The notes under the pieces: generated by a model
The model's database searches: none
Seen by the model: only the letters and a program-made list of their open reading frames with translations
Told to the model about the DNA's origin: nothing
Assembly (NCBI RefSeq): GCF_963921235.1
Contig: NC_086108.1
Coordinates: forward strand, 10,912,001 to 10,976,000
Source of the DNA: Mobula hypostoma
Taxonomy: Eukaryota
DNA length: 64,000 bases
Reading direction: 5' to 3'
In this document: positions 36,580 to 47,800 of the stretch, in pieces
How positions within the stretch are numbered: the first letter of the stretch is position 1
How the letters are laid out: each line of letters begins with the position of its first letter
Program-made: the position numbers and the translations under genes

Positions 36580-36820
36580 AAGTTATCCACACTGGTTCAG
36601 GAGCCTGATGGTTGTGGGGTAATAACTGTTCCTGAACCTAGTGGTGTGGGACCTGAGCTCATTGTGGTGAGTGAAGTTATCCACACTGGTTCAGGAGCCT
36701 GATGGTTGTGGGGTAATAACTGTTCCTGAACCTGGTGGTGTGGGACCTGAGGCTCATTGTGGTGAGTGAAGTTATCCACACTGGTTCAGGAGCCTGATGG
36801 TTAAGGGTAATAATTGTTCA
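36580..36820 (-). repeat. 95-bp tandem repeat (right part, about 2.5 units)
   Basis: GAAGTT recurs at 36673 and 36768; same unit as 32050-32241. Confidence 0.85.
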
Positions 36821-37222
36821 TTTCACCATCTGTTTTGATACTTTGATGTGTAGGACCAAATCAAACTAATCTTCACAAAAGAAAAAACAATAACAGAATG
36901 CAGAATAAAGTGTTACTCTTACAGAGAAAGTGCAGTATAAGCAGACAGATAATCAGGTGGAGGTGCCATGATGAGGTAGACTGGGAGAGCAAGAGTTCAT
37001 CTTTAAAATATGGTAGAATAACAGTTTGAATAGAGCTTTATAGCGCCAGAGATCAGAGTTCAATTTCGGCCACTGTTCTCCCCATGACTGGGTAAGCTTA
37101 TTCAGAGTGCTCCCGTTTCCTTCCACATTCCAATGACGTAGGGGGCAGTGTGTTAACTGGTCCAATGGGTGTAGTTGGGCAGTATGGGCTTGTTGGGTTG
37201 GAGGGATCTGTTACCACACTGT

Positions 37223-37606
37223 CATCATCATCATCATCATCATCATCACTCTGTGCCTTGTCGTATGACATGGGCAATCATGGCCTTTGACCATGATTGT
37301 TCTTGGCAAATTTTTTTCCACTGAAGTGATTTGTCATTGCCTTCCTCTGGGCAGTGTCTTTACAAGACGTGCGATCCCAGCCATTATCAATACACTTCAG
37401 AGATTGTCTGCTTGTTGTCAATGGTCTCAAAACCAGGACTTGTGATATGCACCAGCTGCTCGTACAACATCCACCACCTGCTCCCATGGCTTCTTGTGAC
37501 TTTGACTGGGGAGCTAAGCAGGTGCCTAAGGGCGACTCACAGGTCAGCAGAAGGAAGGAACTCCTTGCACCTCCTTTAGTGAGACATATCTCCATCCTGC
37601 CACCCA
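37223..37606 (-). mobile_element. RTE-related non-autonomous retroposon inserted in a degraded V-SINE (about 37030-37630)
   Basis: (CAT)n at 37223-37248; reverse-complement match to 43243-43654. Confidence 0.75.
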
Positions 37607-37643
37607 CTATGCTGTATTCCTAAATAAATAAAATATTATAATA

Positions 37644-38829
37644 CTGAATTCAACACAATCATTCCTCAGAAACTGATTGGAAAGCTGAGCCTACTGGGCC
37701 TGAACACCTCCCTCTGCAACTGGATCCTAGACTTCCTGACTGGGAGACCTCAGTCAGTCCGGATTGGCAGCAACATCTCCAACACCATCACTCTGAGCAC
37801 GGGGGGCCCCCAGGGCTGCGTGCTCAGTCCACAGCTGTTCACTCTGCTGACCTATGACTGCGCAGCAATACACAGCTCGAACCACATCATCAAGTTCGCC
37901 GATGACACGACCGTGGTGGGTCTCAGCAGCAAGAACGACGAGTCAGCATACAGAGAGGAGGTGCAGTGGCTAACGGACTGGTGCAGAGCCAACAACCTGT
38001 CTCTGAATGTGAACAAAGCAAAAGAGATGGTTGTTGACTTCAGAAGGACACTGAACGACCACTCTCCACTGAACATTGACGACTCCTCCGTGGAGATTGT
38101 TAAGAGCACCAAATTTCTTGGTGTTCACCTGGTGAAGAATCTCACCTGGTCCCTCAATACCAGCTCCATAGCAAAGAAAGCCCAGCTGCATCTCTACTTT
38201 CTGTGAAGGCTGAGAAAAGTCCATCTCCCACCCCCCATCCTCACCACATTCTACAGAGGTTGTATTGAGAGCATCCTGAGCAGCTGCATCACTGCCTGGT
38301 TCGGAAATTGCACCATCTCCGATCGGAAGACCCTGCAGCGGATAGTGAGGTCAACTGAGAAGATCATCGGGGCGTCTCTTCCCGCCATCACAGACATTTA
38401 CACCACACGCTGCATCCACAAAGCAAACAGCATTATGAAGGACCCCACGCACCCCTCATACAAACTCTTCTCCCTCCTGCCATCTGGCAAAAGGCACCGA
38501 AGCATTCGGGCTCTCACGACCTATGTAACAGTTTCTTCCCCCAAGCCACCAGACTCCTCAATACCCAGAGCCTGGACTGACACCAACCTACTGCCCTGTA
38601 CTGTGCCTATTGTCTTGTTTATTATTTATTGTAATGCCTGGACTGTTTTGTGCACTTTATGCAGTCCTGGGTAGGTCTGCAGTCTAGTGTAGTTTTTGTG
38701 TTGTTTTACGTAGTTCAGTGTAGTTTTTGTATTGTTCATGTAGCACCATGGTCCTGAAAAACGTCTCATTTTTACTGTATGCTGTACCAGTACTTATGGT
38801 TGAAATGACAATAAAAAGTGACTTGACTT
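37644..38829 (+). mobile_element. Rex1/Babar-like LINE, 5'-truncated, relatively young
   Basis: [50 protein letters not shown]; tail AATAAAAAGTGACTTGACTT. Confidence 0.9.
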
Positions 38830-38849
38830 AACTATTGGATAGAAGTTAT

Positions 38850-39232
38850 ATAGAGTCATAGAAATCCGTGCCCATCTACACTGTGCCGAACCATTTAAAC
38901 TGTCTATTCCCATCTACCTGCTCTGGGACCATAGCCCTCCATCCATGTACCCATCCAAACTTCTCTTAAATATTGAAATCGAACTTGCATGCACCACTTG
39001 CACTGGCAGCTCAATCCACACTCTCATTACACTCTGAGTGAAGAAGTCTCCCCTCATGTTCCCCTTTAACTTTTCACCTTTCACCCTTAACTCATGACCT
39101 CTAGTTGTCATCCCACCCAACCTCGGTTGAGAAAGCTGCTTGCATTTACCCTAGCTATACCCCTCATCATTTTGTATACCTCTATCAAATCTCCTCTCAA
39201 TCTTCTGTGTTCCAAGGAATAAAGTCCTAATG
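38850..39232 (-). mobile_element. CR1 LINE 3' fragment
   Basis: LGLYSLEHRRLRGDLIEVYKMMRG; RGHELRVKGEK. Confidence 0.9.
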
Positions 39233-39334
39233 AGGTGAAACAAAAACAAACCGTCCCCATGGTGTCGCGTTGATAATTGTGAATTAGAAAACTAAATTCC
39301 AACTTCCCCTTTGGTAGAATGAAGGGATCTGGGG

Positions 39335-40632
39335 ATACAGGTTCATAACTCGTTGAAAGTGGTGTCACAGTTAGATAGGATTGTAAAGAAAACTGTTGGC
39401 ATGTTGGTCTTCATAAATCAAAGTATTGAGTATGGGAGATGGGATATTATGTTGAGGTTGTATAATATGCTAGTGAGGATGAATTTGGAGTATTGTGTGC
39501 AGTGTAGGTCATCTACCTACAGGAAAAACTTTAGATTATGAAGACACGCAGTCCTCTTTTATTGTCATTTAGTAATGCATGCATTAAGAAATGATACAAT
39601 ATTTCCTCCAGTGTGATATCACAAAACACAGGACAGACCAAGACTGTAAAAACTGACAAAACCACATAATTATAACACATAGTTACAACAGTGCAACAAT
39701 ACCATAACTTGATGAAGAAGTCCATGAGCACATAAAAAGTTCAAAGTTTCTCAAATGTCCCACATCTCACGTAGACGGGAGAAGGAAGTAAAATTCTCCC
39801 TGCTATCCCTGACCACAGTCCGACTCTGAGTCGCCCGAAAACTTCGAGCCTCCTATCAGCTCTCTGACACCGAGTACCAAGCACCATCTCTATCCGAGCG
39901 ATTTGACCTCAATCTTGGTCGCCAACAGCAGGCAAAGCCGGGGATTTTGAGGCCTTCCCTCTGGAAGATTCACGATCGCGCAGTAACGACAGCAGCGAAC
40001 AGGCGTTTCAGAAATTTCTCCAGATGTTCCTCTGTGCTTTCACATCCCTATCCAACAAATCAGAATTGTCCACGGCCCCTATTTAACGGATACAATATCA
40101 TTTTTCACAGAAGGTTGTGCATGTGCGGCGCGCTGCACTCTCTCCTCCTGCCATTATGTAAATAAGTTTGAAAGATTGCAGAGAAAATTTACAAGGATGA
40201 TACTGGGACTGGAGAACCTGAGTTATAAGGAAAGATTGAATACTTGAGGACTTTATTCCTTGGAAGGTAGAAGACTGCGAAGAGATTTGATAGAGGTATA
40301 CAAAATTATGAGGGGTATAGATAGGGTAAATACAAGCAGGCTTTTTCCATTGAGGTTTGGTGGCACTATAACCAGAGGTCATAGGTAAGGGTGAAAGAAG
40401 AGAAGTTTAAGGAGAACGTGAGAGAAAACTTCACGCAGAGGGTTGTGAGAGTGTGGGATGAGCTACCAGAGTAACTGGTGCATGCAAGCACAATTTCATA
40501 TTTACGAGAAACTTGAATAGGTAAATGGATGGTAGGGGTATGGATGGCTATGGTCCAGGTGCAGTTCGATGGGAGTTGTCAGTTTTTAAATGGTTTGGCA
40601 TAAACTAGATGGACCAAAGGGCCTGTTTCTGT
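39335..40632 (+). mobile_element. CR1 3' portion split by an insertion at about 39530-40155
   Basis: LVRMNLEYCVQ...TYRK continues after the insert as ...VNKFERLQRKFTRM. Confidence 0.8.
39530..40155 (-). mobile_element. Non-autonomous retroposon with AATAAA...ATAATCTAA tail
   Basis: Tail identical in type to 31872-31925; begins AATGGCAGG on the minus strand; interrupts CR1. Confidence 0.6.
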
Positions 40633-41239
40633 GAGACTGTGGGAGTTGCTACTGTTCTGCGATCTGCGTGTCCTTTTCTGTACAGCATTTACAAATCAAT
40701 TCTAATGAGCGAGTTTCAATCCAGGACATCCAGTTTCAAGGAGATATTAGTTTGTTCAGAGTATGAGTGTTATATCCTATAACACAGAATGATGACAATC
40801 AGAATTGGGATGGATCATCCACTCTCAGTCTGAATCAGATCTAGTTCCAGTCTTATTAAAACACACATTTTATCCAGGAAATCCATTAACTATCTAATTA
40901 TGCATTCCAGCTTGCTATGATGGTCTGCAGCCTACATGCACTTGACTCTTCTCCAAAATCAACACCATCTGCCGTCTCTCTGGGTTATGGGGTGGCAGCA
41001 AATGGAACGGAGCTGGAACTGGCTGCTAAAGGTCAGCGCGGCGGGAAGAGAGGGGCCAGCTGAGCGCAGGCCAGAACCCAGTGTGGGAAAGCAGCCCACT
41101 GCAAAAGGGCATTCACGCACAGCGCTGAGCGGCTCTTCCCCTCACGCTGCCTGCTGGCTGTGAAACCGGCTCCTTGCAATTCAACTCCAGGCCTGCAACA
41201 CAGAGGAGAGTTACAATTAAATGCAACGGGCGTATCCTC

Positions 41240-42230
41240 TGGAATGTGGTGAGCAGATGAAACGAAGGTTGGTGGTGCTGTGGATAGTGCAGAAGATTTT
41301 GGTTTAAGAGGGCATGTGCTATCATGAGAGGCTGGATAAACTTGGGCTGTTTTCTCTGCAGCGCCGGGGACTGAGGGGAGGTCCGAAAGAAGTTTATAAG
41401 ATTACGAGAAGCATAGATAGAGTATAGAGGGAGTATCTGTTTCCATCTAATACCAGAGGGCATGCATTGAAGGTGAGAGGGGTAGGTTCAAGGGGGATGT
41501 GAGGGGTAAGGGTTTTACTCAGAAAGCCGTGGATGCCTGGAATGTGCTGTCTGGTATGTTTATATATAGACATCCGTTAGTCTCATGAGACCATGGATTT
41601 GCACCTTGGAAAGTTTCCAGGGCGCAGGCCTGGGCAAGGTTGTATGGAAGACCGGCAGTTGCCCATGCTGCAAGTCTCCCCTCTCCACGCCACCGATGGT
41701 GTCCAAGGGAAAGGCATTAGGACCCATACAGCTTGGCACCGATGTTGTCGCAGAGCAATGTGTGGTAAAGTGCCTTGCTCAAGGACACGCACACTGCCTC
41801 AGCCAAGGCCCGAACTCGTGACCTTCGAATCACTAGACGAACACCTTAACCACTTGGCCACATGCCAACACGTCTGGTATGGTGGTAGAGGTAAATACAT
41901 GAGAGGCTTTTAGAGATGTTTGGATAGGGACATGGATTTGAGGAAGATGGGGGGATATGGACATGGTGTAGGTAGGAGGGATTCGTTTATTTGGGGAGGG
42001 GGTTGATTTAATTTTTAGCTGGTTTAGCACAACCCTGTGGGCTGAATGGCCTGTCCCTGTGCTGTACTCTCCTATGTTCTATATTCTGTGTTGTGGTAGG
42101 CTGCAACAGGAAAATGACAGGATGCACAGCTGGGCTGGTAAATGACAGATGGATTTCAGCACAGAAAACTGTAAAGAGATTCCATTTGCAAGGGCAAATT
42201 TGAATGCAGAGCACAGGGTTAATAGCAGAG
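41240..42230 (+). mobile_element. CR1 fragments hosting a SINE
   Basis: ERLDKLGLFSLQRR.LRG, RGHALKVRG, tail ctatgttctatattct. Confidence 0.75.
41563..41867 (-). mobile_element. tRNA-derived SINE with CORE-like box
   Basis: TGGCCAAGTGG A-box, GAGTTCGGGCC B-box-like, GTGTCCTTGAGCAAGGCACTT; TSD GTCTGGTATG on both sides. Confidence 0.85.
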
Positions 42231-42662
42231 TCAGGTTTAATAAATTTGTTGTTATGCAGCAGCCGTGCAATGCACTACATAATAATAAAACTGAATTGTA
42301 GTATATTAAAAAGATAAATTAAATAAGTAGTGCAAAGAAAGTAGTGAGGTAGTGTTCATGGGTTCAATGTTCATTCAGAAACCTGATGGCGGAGGATAAG
42401 AACCTGTTCCTGAATCACTGAGTGTGTGACATCAGGCTCCTGTAACCCATCCCTGATGGTAGCAATGAGATGAACAGATGATCTGGGTGATGGGGGTCCT
42501 TAACGATGGATGCAGCCTTTTTGAGGCATCGCTCCTTGAAGGTGTCCTGGATGCGGGGGAGGATAGTGCCCATTATAGGCCTACTGAGTTCACAACTTCT
42601 TGCAGCTTATTTCAATCCTGTGCATTGCCCCACCCCCATACCAGGTGGTGATGCAGCCAGTT
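42230..42662 (-). mobile_element. Rex1/Babar-like LINE 3' end
   Basis: Reverse complement encodes KERCLKKAASIVKDPHHP...LPSG..YRSL. Confidence 0.75.
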
Positions 42663-43242
42663 GGAATTCAGGATTATGTGTAGTGTGTACCTGTCCTCAC
42701 ACTGGAGGCTGGAGGAGGTCCTGGAGGCCGCAAGGCTGAAACAATGGAGGGAATGAAAAACAAGGCCAACAATCTTTCAATCATACTTTGTTTACTTGAG
42801 ACCCATATCATACCTGTGAGCCCAGAACAATTGGAATTCTTTACTAAATGTCCCAACATCACTTTTTCATTATTGCAAAGTTGCTTTGGTCAATTGAAAA
42901 AGTGAAGGCACTGCTCCAAATCTGTGAAGAACAAGGATAAGGACAGATTGAATCAGGAGATAGAGGTGATATGAAAGCCAGGCAAGGAATAGTGTTGTTC
43001 TGGGAATAGGAAATGCAATATTCCACCACAGTAATTCTGAACTACCTTAATTAACAATGGACTAGAGCCCAAATCTAAACAATCAGCTCAATACTTGGCA
43101 GAGGCACTCTGATTTTACTCATCAAGAAAGAAAGAGAACAGCTGGGTTAGAAGAAGAAAATCGTGATAATCATCAAGGCTGTGCTTCAGGGCGTTGCTTT
43201 GAACCACTAATGGAATGTATGTTTTCAAGAGGTTGATCTCAG

Positions 43243-43654
43243 TGGGGTGGAGATACATCTCTACCAAAGGAGGTGTAAAATGCTCCTTCCCTCCACTAGC
43301 CTGCAGGTCACCCTTGGGCAAGGTGTAGCACTTGCTTAGCCCCCCCTCCCCAAGATCAGGGTCACGTGAAGCCATGGTAGCAGGTGGTGGATGGTTGTAT
43401 GAGTGGCTGGTGCAGATCACAAGTCTAGGTTATGCGACTGCTGACGCCAGTCAGACAACCTCTGAGGACTATTGATAATGGCTGGGGTCACCCACCTTGT
43501 AAAGACACTGTCCCAGAAGAAGACATTGGTAAACCACTTCTGCAGAAAAAATTGCCAGGAATAAGCAGTGTCATGGAAAGACATGATCGCCATGTCATTC
43601 GACACGGCACATGATGATGTCATACAACATGGCACATAATAATGATGATGATGA
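43243..43654 (+). mobile_element. RTE-related non-autonomous retroposon, full length
   Basis: (GAT)n tail; TSD TGATCTCAG (43234-42 / 43655-63). Confidence 0.8.
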
Positions 43655-44220
43655 TGATCTCAGCAACATTTAGTCCAAGTTTAACCACAAATCCAAACAC
43701 TTGCTATGACCTGCAAGTAAAGTCCATGACATCAGTGTGTTCTTGGAGGACCGGAATGTCTTTAGGAATCATCAGATGAACTCCCACATTGAGCCACTTA
43801 CTAGGACGTCAGGGTGGGGCTGCTCATGGAGACAGTTTGCTCCGAGAGATGGAAAGGAGGGGAAGAAGGGTCACGTTGACTTTTTATTCCTCTCCATAGG
43901 TACTACCTGATCTGCAGAGTTCCTCCAGTACTTTGTGTGTATGTTGCCCTGAATTTCCAGCACCTGCAGAATCTCATGGGATGCAGAGAGGAGTTCTGGA
44001 GCTCAAGATGCAGGCAGGCCAACATCCATCAAAAATCTGCAGTCCATAACCTAACACTTTGGTAGCTCAGCCAGGCTCTCCTCTCTTGTGCAAGGTAGAG
44101 ATATATCACGCCAGCAACAATGAGAGCTGGAGGCCAGCAGCCCGCTGTTTCGATGTCGCAATTTTCAGCGTCTACACCCTGACTCGAGGACCGACAGGCT
44201 CTCACGCACCATTAAAAAGT

Positions 44221-44504
44221 GAGGAGAGGGAGAGGGAGAGGGAGAGGGAGAGGGAGAGGGGGAGAGGGGAGGGGGAGGGGGAGGGGGAGGGGGAGGGGGA
44301 GGGGGAGGGGGAGGGGGAGGGGGAGGGGGAGGGGGAGGGGGGGAGGGGGAGGGGGAGGGGGAGGGGGAGGGGGAGGGGGAGGGGGAGGGGGAGGGGGAGG
44401 GGGAGGGGGAGGGGGAGGGGGAGGGGGAGGGGGAGGGGGAGGGAGAGGGAGAGGGAGAGGGAGAGGGAGAGGGAGAGGGAGAGGGAGAGGGAGAGGGAGA
44501 GGGG
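44221..44504. repeat. Pure-purine hexamer microsatellite (GAGGGA)n/(GAGGGG)n
   Basis: About 280 bp containing only G and A. Confidence 0.95.
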
Positions 44505-44726
44505 CTTTCTTCCGATAGCAGTGCACACTGCCTGCTGTCTCAATGATTCAATCTCCCACGAGGCTTCAGTGGGCCACATTGACAAGCAGCTGGGTTGTCT
44601 ATGGGCTGCACGTCTTCCAGGCCACACCTAGAGATATAGCAATGTCAGGGCACACAACGAGTCCGAGAACCGACCGCTTGCGGAGTGTAATGTATTGTGT
44701 GAGTATTCGTAGTATCAGAGTGCGTA

Positions 44727-44779
44727 TGACGTCAGGATGCGGAAAAGGGTTTAAAAAAAATGGAAGTCTGGTGAATAAA
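44727..44779 (+). promoter_or_regulatory. LTR signals: CRE palindrome TGACGTCA (44727-34; also 48232-39) and AATAAA (44774-79)
   Basis: Exact motif matches in both LTRs; function untested. Confidence 0.5.
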
Positions 44780-44827
44780 GGTTGGTTGTTCAATCTACAC
44801 TGGTGTCCGAGTCACATCAATATTACA

Positions 44828-44839
44828 TGGCGTCAGAAG
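44828..44839 (+). other. Primer-binding site, tRNA-Leu type
   Basis: TGGCGTCAGAAG versus TGGTGTCAGAAG, the complement of the vertebrate tRNA-Leu(CAA) 3' end as I recall it; one mismatch. Confidence 0.7.
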
Positions 44840-44897
44840 AAAACGGGAAAAATAAAAAGGAAGAGAAGACACGTAAAAGATATCACAGTTACAGCCA

Positions 44898-47800
44898 GTG
44901 TCAAGTTTAAGCCGACAAGGTCATCTTGCTGAGAACTGGAAAATATGGATCCAGAAGTCTGAGCTGTTTTGCACCGCTAGCGGCCTAGCTGAAAAGACGG
45001 AGAAAGTGCAATGTGCTACGTTTCTGCACGTGGCGGGAGAAGAGGCAATAAAGGTTTGCAACACGTTAGTCTTCCAAGATGATGAGCAAGATAAAATTGA
45101 AGTGTTGAAAAAAAGTTTCAAGATTACTGCAAACCAAGAAAAAAACTTACCGTTCATCCGACACCGGTTTTTCACGAGGACTCAAGGACCAATGGAGACC
45201 ATAGACGCCTACGTAACAGATTTGAAGAGCAAGGCAAAAGACTGTGAGTTCGGACAACTGCATGATTCTTTAATACGTGACAGGATTGTATGCAGCATAC
45301 GAGATGATCAAGTGAGAGGCAGGCTATTGAGAGAAGTAGATCTTACATCAGAAAAGGCGATTGATGTTTGCCGTGCCAGCGAGATCACGTCAAGTCAGGT
45401 TAAAGTGCTCAATGAAGAGATTGAAGTGCACAAAGTAAAAACTGTGAAAACTAACAAGAGTAGGACAAAGCCAGCTCCACAGGATGATCAAAAGGAAGTT
45501 AATTGCAACAGGTGTGGTTATAAACATGGATACAGAAAATGTCCAGCCTTTGGTCAGACATGCAAATTATGCCAGAAAAGAAATCACTTTGCAAAGATGT
45601 GCAAATCGAAGGAGCACGCAAGGAAAGTGCATGCTGTGGAACAGAGTGAGGGCAACAGTGACATGTTCATTGGCACAGTTGAAGTGGAACAGGAGGTATG
45701 CATCAAGAATACTGACAATGCAGAGATGGAGGATGAAGATGATTGGACCCAAGATCTGATAATAAACAGGAGGAAAGTGACATTTAAGCTCGACACTGGG
45801 GCAAAGTGCAGTGTAATGTCGGCAGAAACATTCAACTCACTGGACATCAGAGGAAGACTGGAAAAGTCCACCTGCAAGCTTGTTGCATATTTCGGCCACA
45901 AGACGGCGCCACTGGGCAAAAAAGCACTCACCTGTGTGTACAAAGGTCAACTATACAAGATCGAGTTTGAAAAATTACAGCAACATATTCCAGCAATACT
46001 GGGCAAAGCAACATGCACAAAGCTAGGCCTGGTGAAGCGAATCTATGGTGTTGAAAAAGAAAATGACATTTTCAGAGACTTTGATGACTTGTTTTCTGGA
46101 TTAGGATGTTTACCAGGGAAACACCATATCAAGATTGATCCAACTATTGCAGCAGTCGTGCATGCCCTGAGAAAGATTCCAGTATCTCTCAGGGATCAAG
46201 TAGTGGAGGAGCTACACAGAATGGAACAGATGGGAGTCATAACAAGACAAATAGAACCGACCGACTGGGTGAATAGTGTGGTGACAGTGGTCACAGAAAA
46301 AAAGACGCGAATTTGCATGGATCCACAAGATCTCAACCAAGCCATCAAAAGAGAGCACTATCCGCTGCTCACGGTTGAAGAGGTTGTCTCCCAGATGCCT
46401 AATGCAAAATACTTCTCAGTATTAGACGCAAATCAAGGCTTCTGGCAGATCAAGCTGGATGAAGAAAGTTCCAAATTATGCACTTTTAACACGCCCAAAG
46501 GGAGATATCATTTCCTGCGTCTACCCTTTGGGATTTCTTCTGCATCAGCAGTATTCCAGAGATCCATGGCACAAATGATTGAAGACCTGGACGGGGTGAT
46601 TAACATCACTGATGATTTGCTGATATGGGGTGATACAATTGAGGAACATGATCAGAGACTGAGGAAGCTCCTGGAGAGAGCACGTGAGTACAACCTAAAA
46701 CTGAACAAAAGTAAATGTAAGATCAGAACCACAGAGATCAAATACATAGGTCATGTGCTCAGTGCTGATGGGCTAAAACCAGATGATGAAAAGGTCAGAG
46801 CTGCGGTACAGCTACCACCACCCAAAGACAAGCAAGAGCTATTGAGGTTCATGGGCATGATACAGTATCTTGCCAACTTCATTACCAACTTATCAGAGGT
46901 CAGCGCTCCACTCAGAAAGCTACTAGAGAGCAACACTGAATGGCATTGGGAAGACAAACAAAAGAAAAGTTTTGACACATTGAAGCAGTTGGTTACCAAT
47001 GCACCAGCACTCAAGTTCTATGATGTCGATAAACCAGTGACGATGTCTGTGGATGCCAGTTTGGAAGGAATAGGAGCTGTTATACTGCAGGATGGGAGGC
47101 CTGTGGCATATGGATCACGAGCACTTACGGATTGCCAACGCCGATATGCTCAAATCGAGAAGGAATTACTCGCCATAGTTTATGGGTGTGAGAAGCTCCA
47201 CCAATATGGCAAAGACATCCAGGTTGAGAGTGATCACAAACCACTTGAGAGCATCTTCAAAAAGCCACTCCACCAAGCTCCTATGAGGCTGCAAAGGATG
47301 CTTCTCAGGCTACAGAGGTACACTCTCATAGTCACCTATAAGCCAGGAAAAGAATTGTACATCGCTGATGCTTTGAGCCGTGCTTACCTCAAAGAGCAAA
47401 AGGAAGAGTTGCTAGGAAGAGAGCTGGAGGTCAACTGGGTCACACCTCAGCTACCCATCTCTGAGGAGAAGTTGAACATGTTCAGGAAAGCGACTGCAGA
47501 TGATCCTGAAATGCAAATACTAAGAGACATTACAATGAATGGATGGCCAACAGAAAGAAAAGATGTTCCAAAGGAAATGCAGAAATACTGGATGTTTAAA
47601 GAGGAAATCAGCTATGCATCAGGACTAATGTTCAAAAAGGCAAAACTCATCGTACCAAACCAAATGAGACAGGACGTGCTCAACAGAATTCATGAGTCAC
47701 ACCTGGGGATAGTGAAATGTAAAGAAAGAGCAAGGGACATTCTCTATTGGCCAGGCATGTCAGCTCAGATAGAGGACATTGTGTCTCAGTGTGCTGTCTG

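Noticed and set aside
44059..44631. RG/EG/LP-rich ORFs on both strands
   Set aside because: Produced by the hexamer microsatellite.
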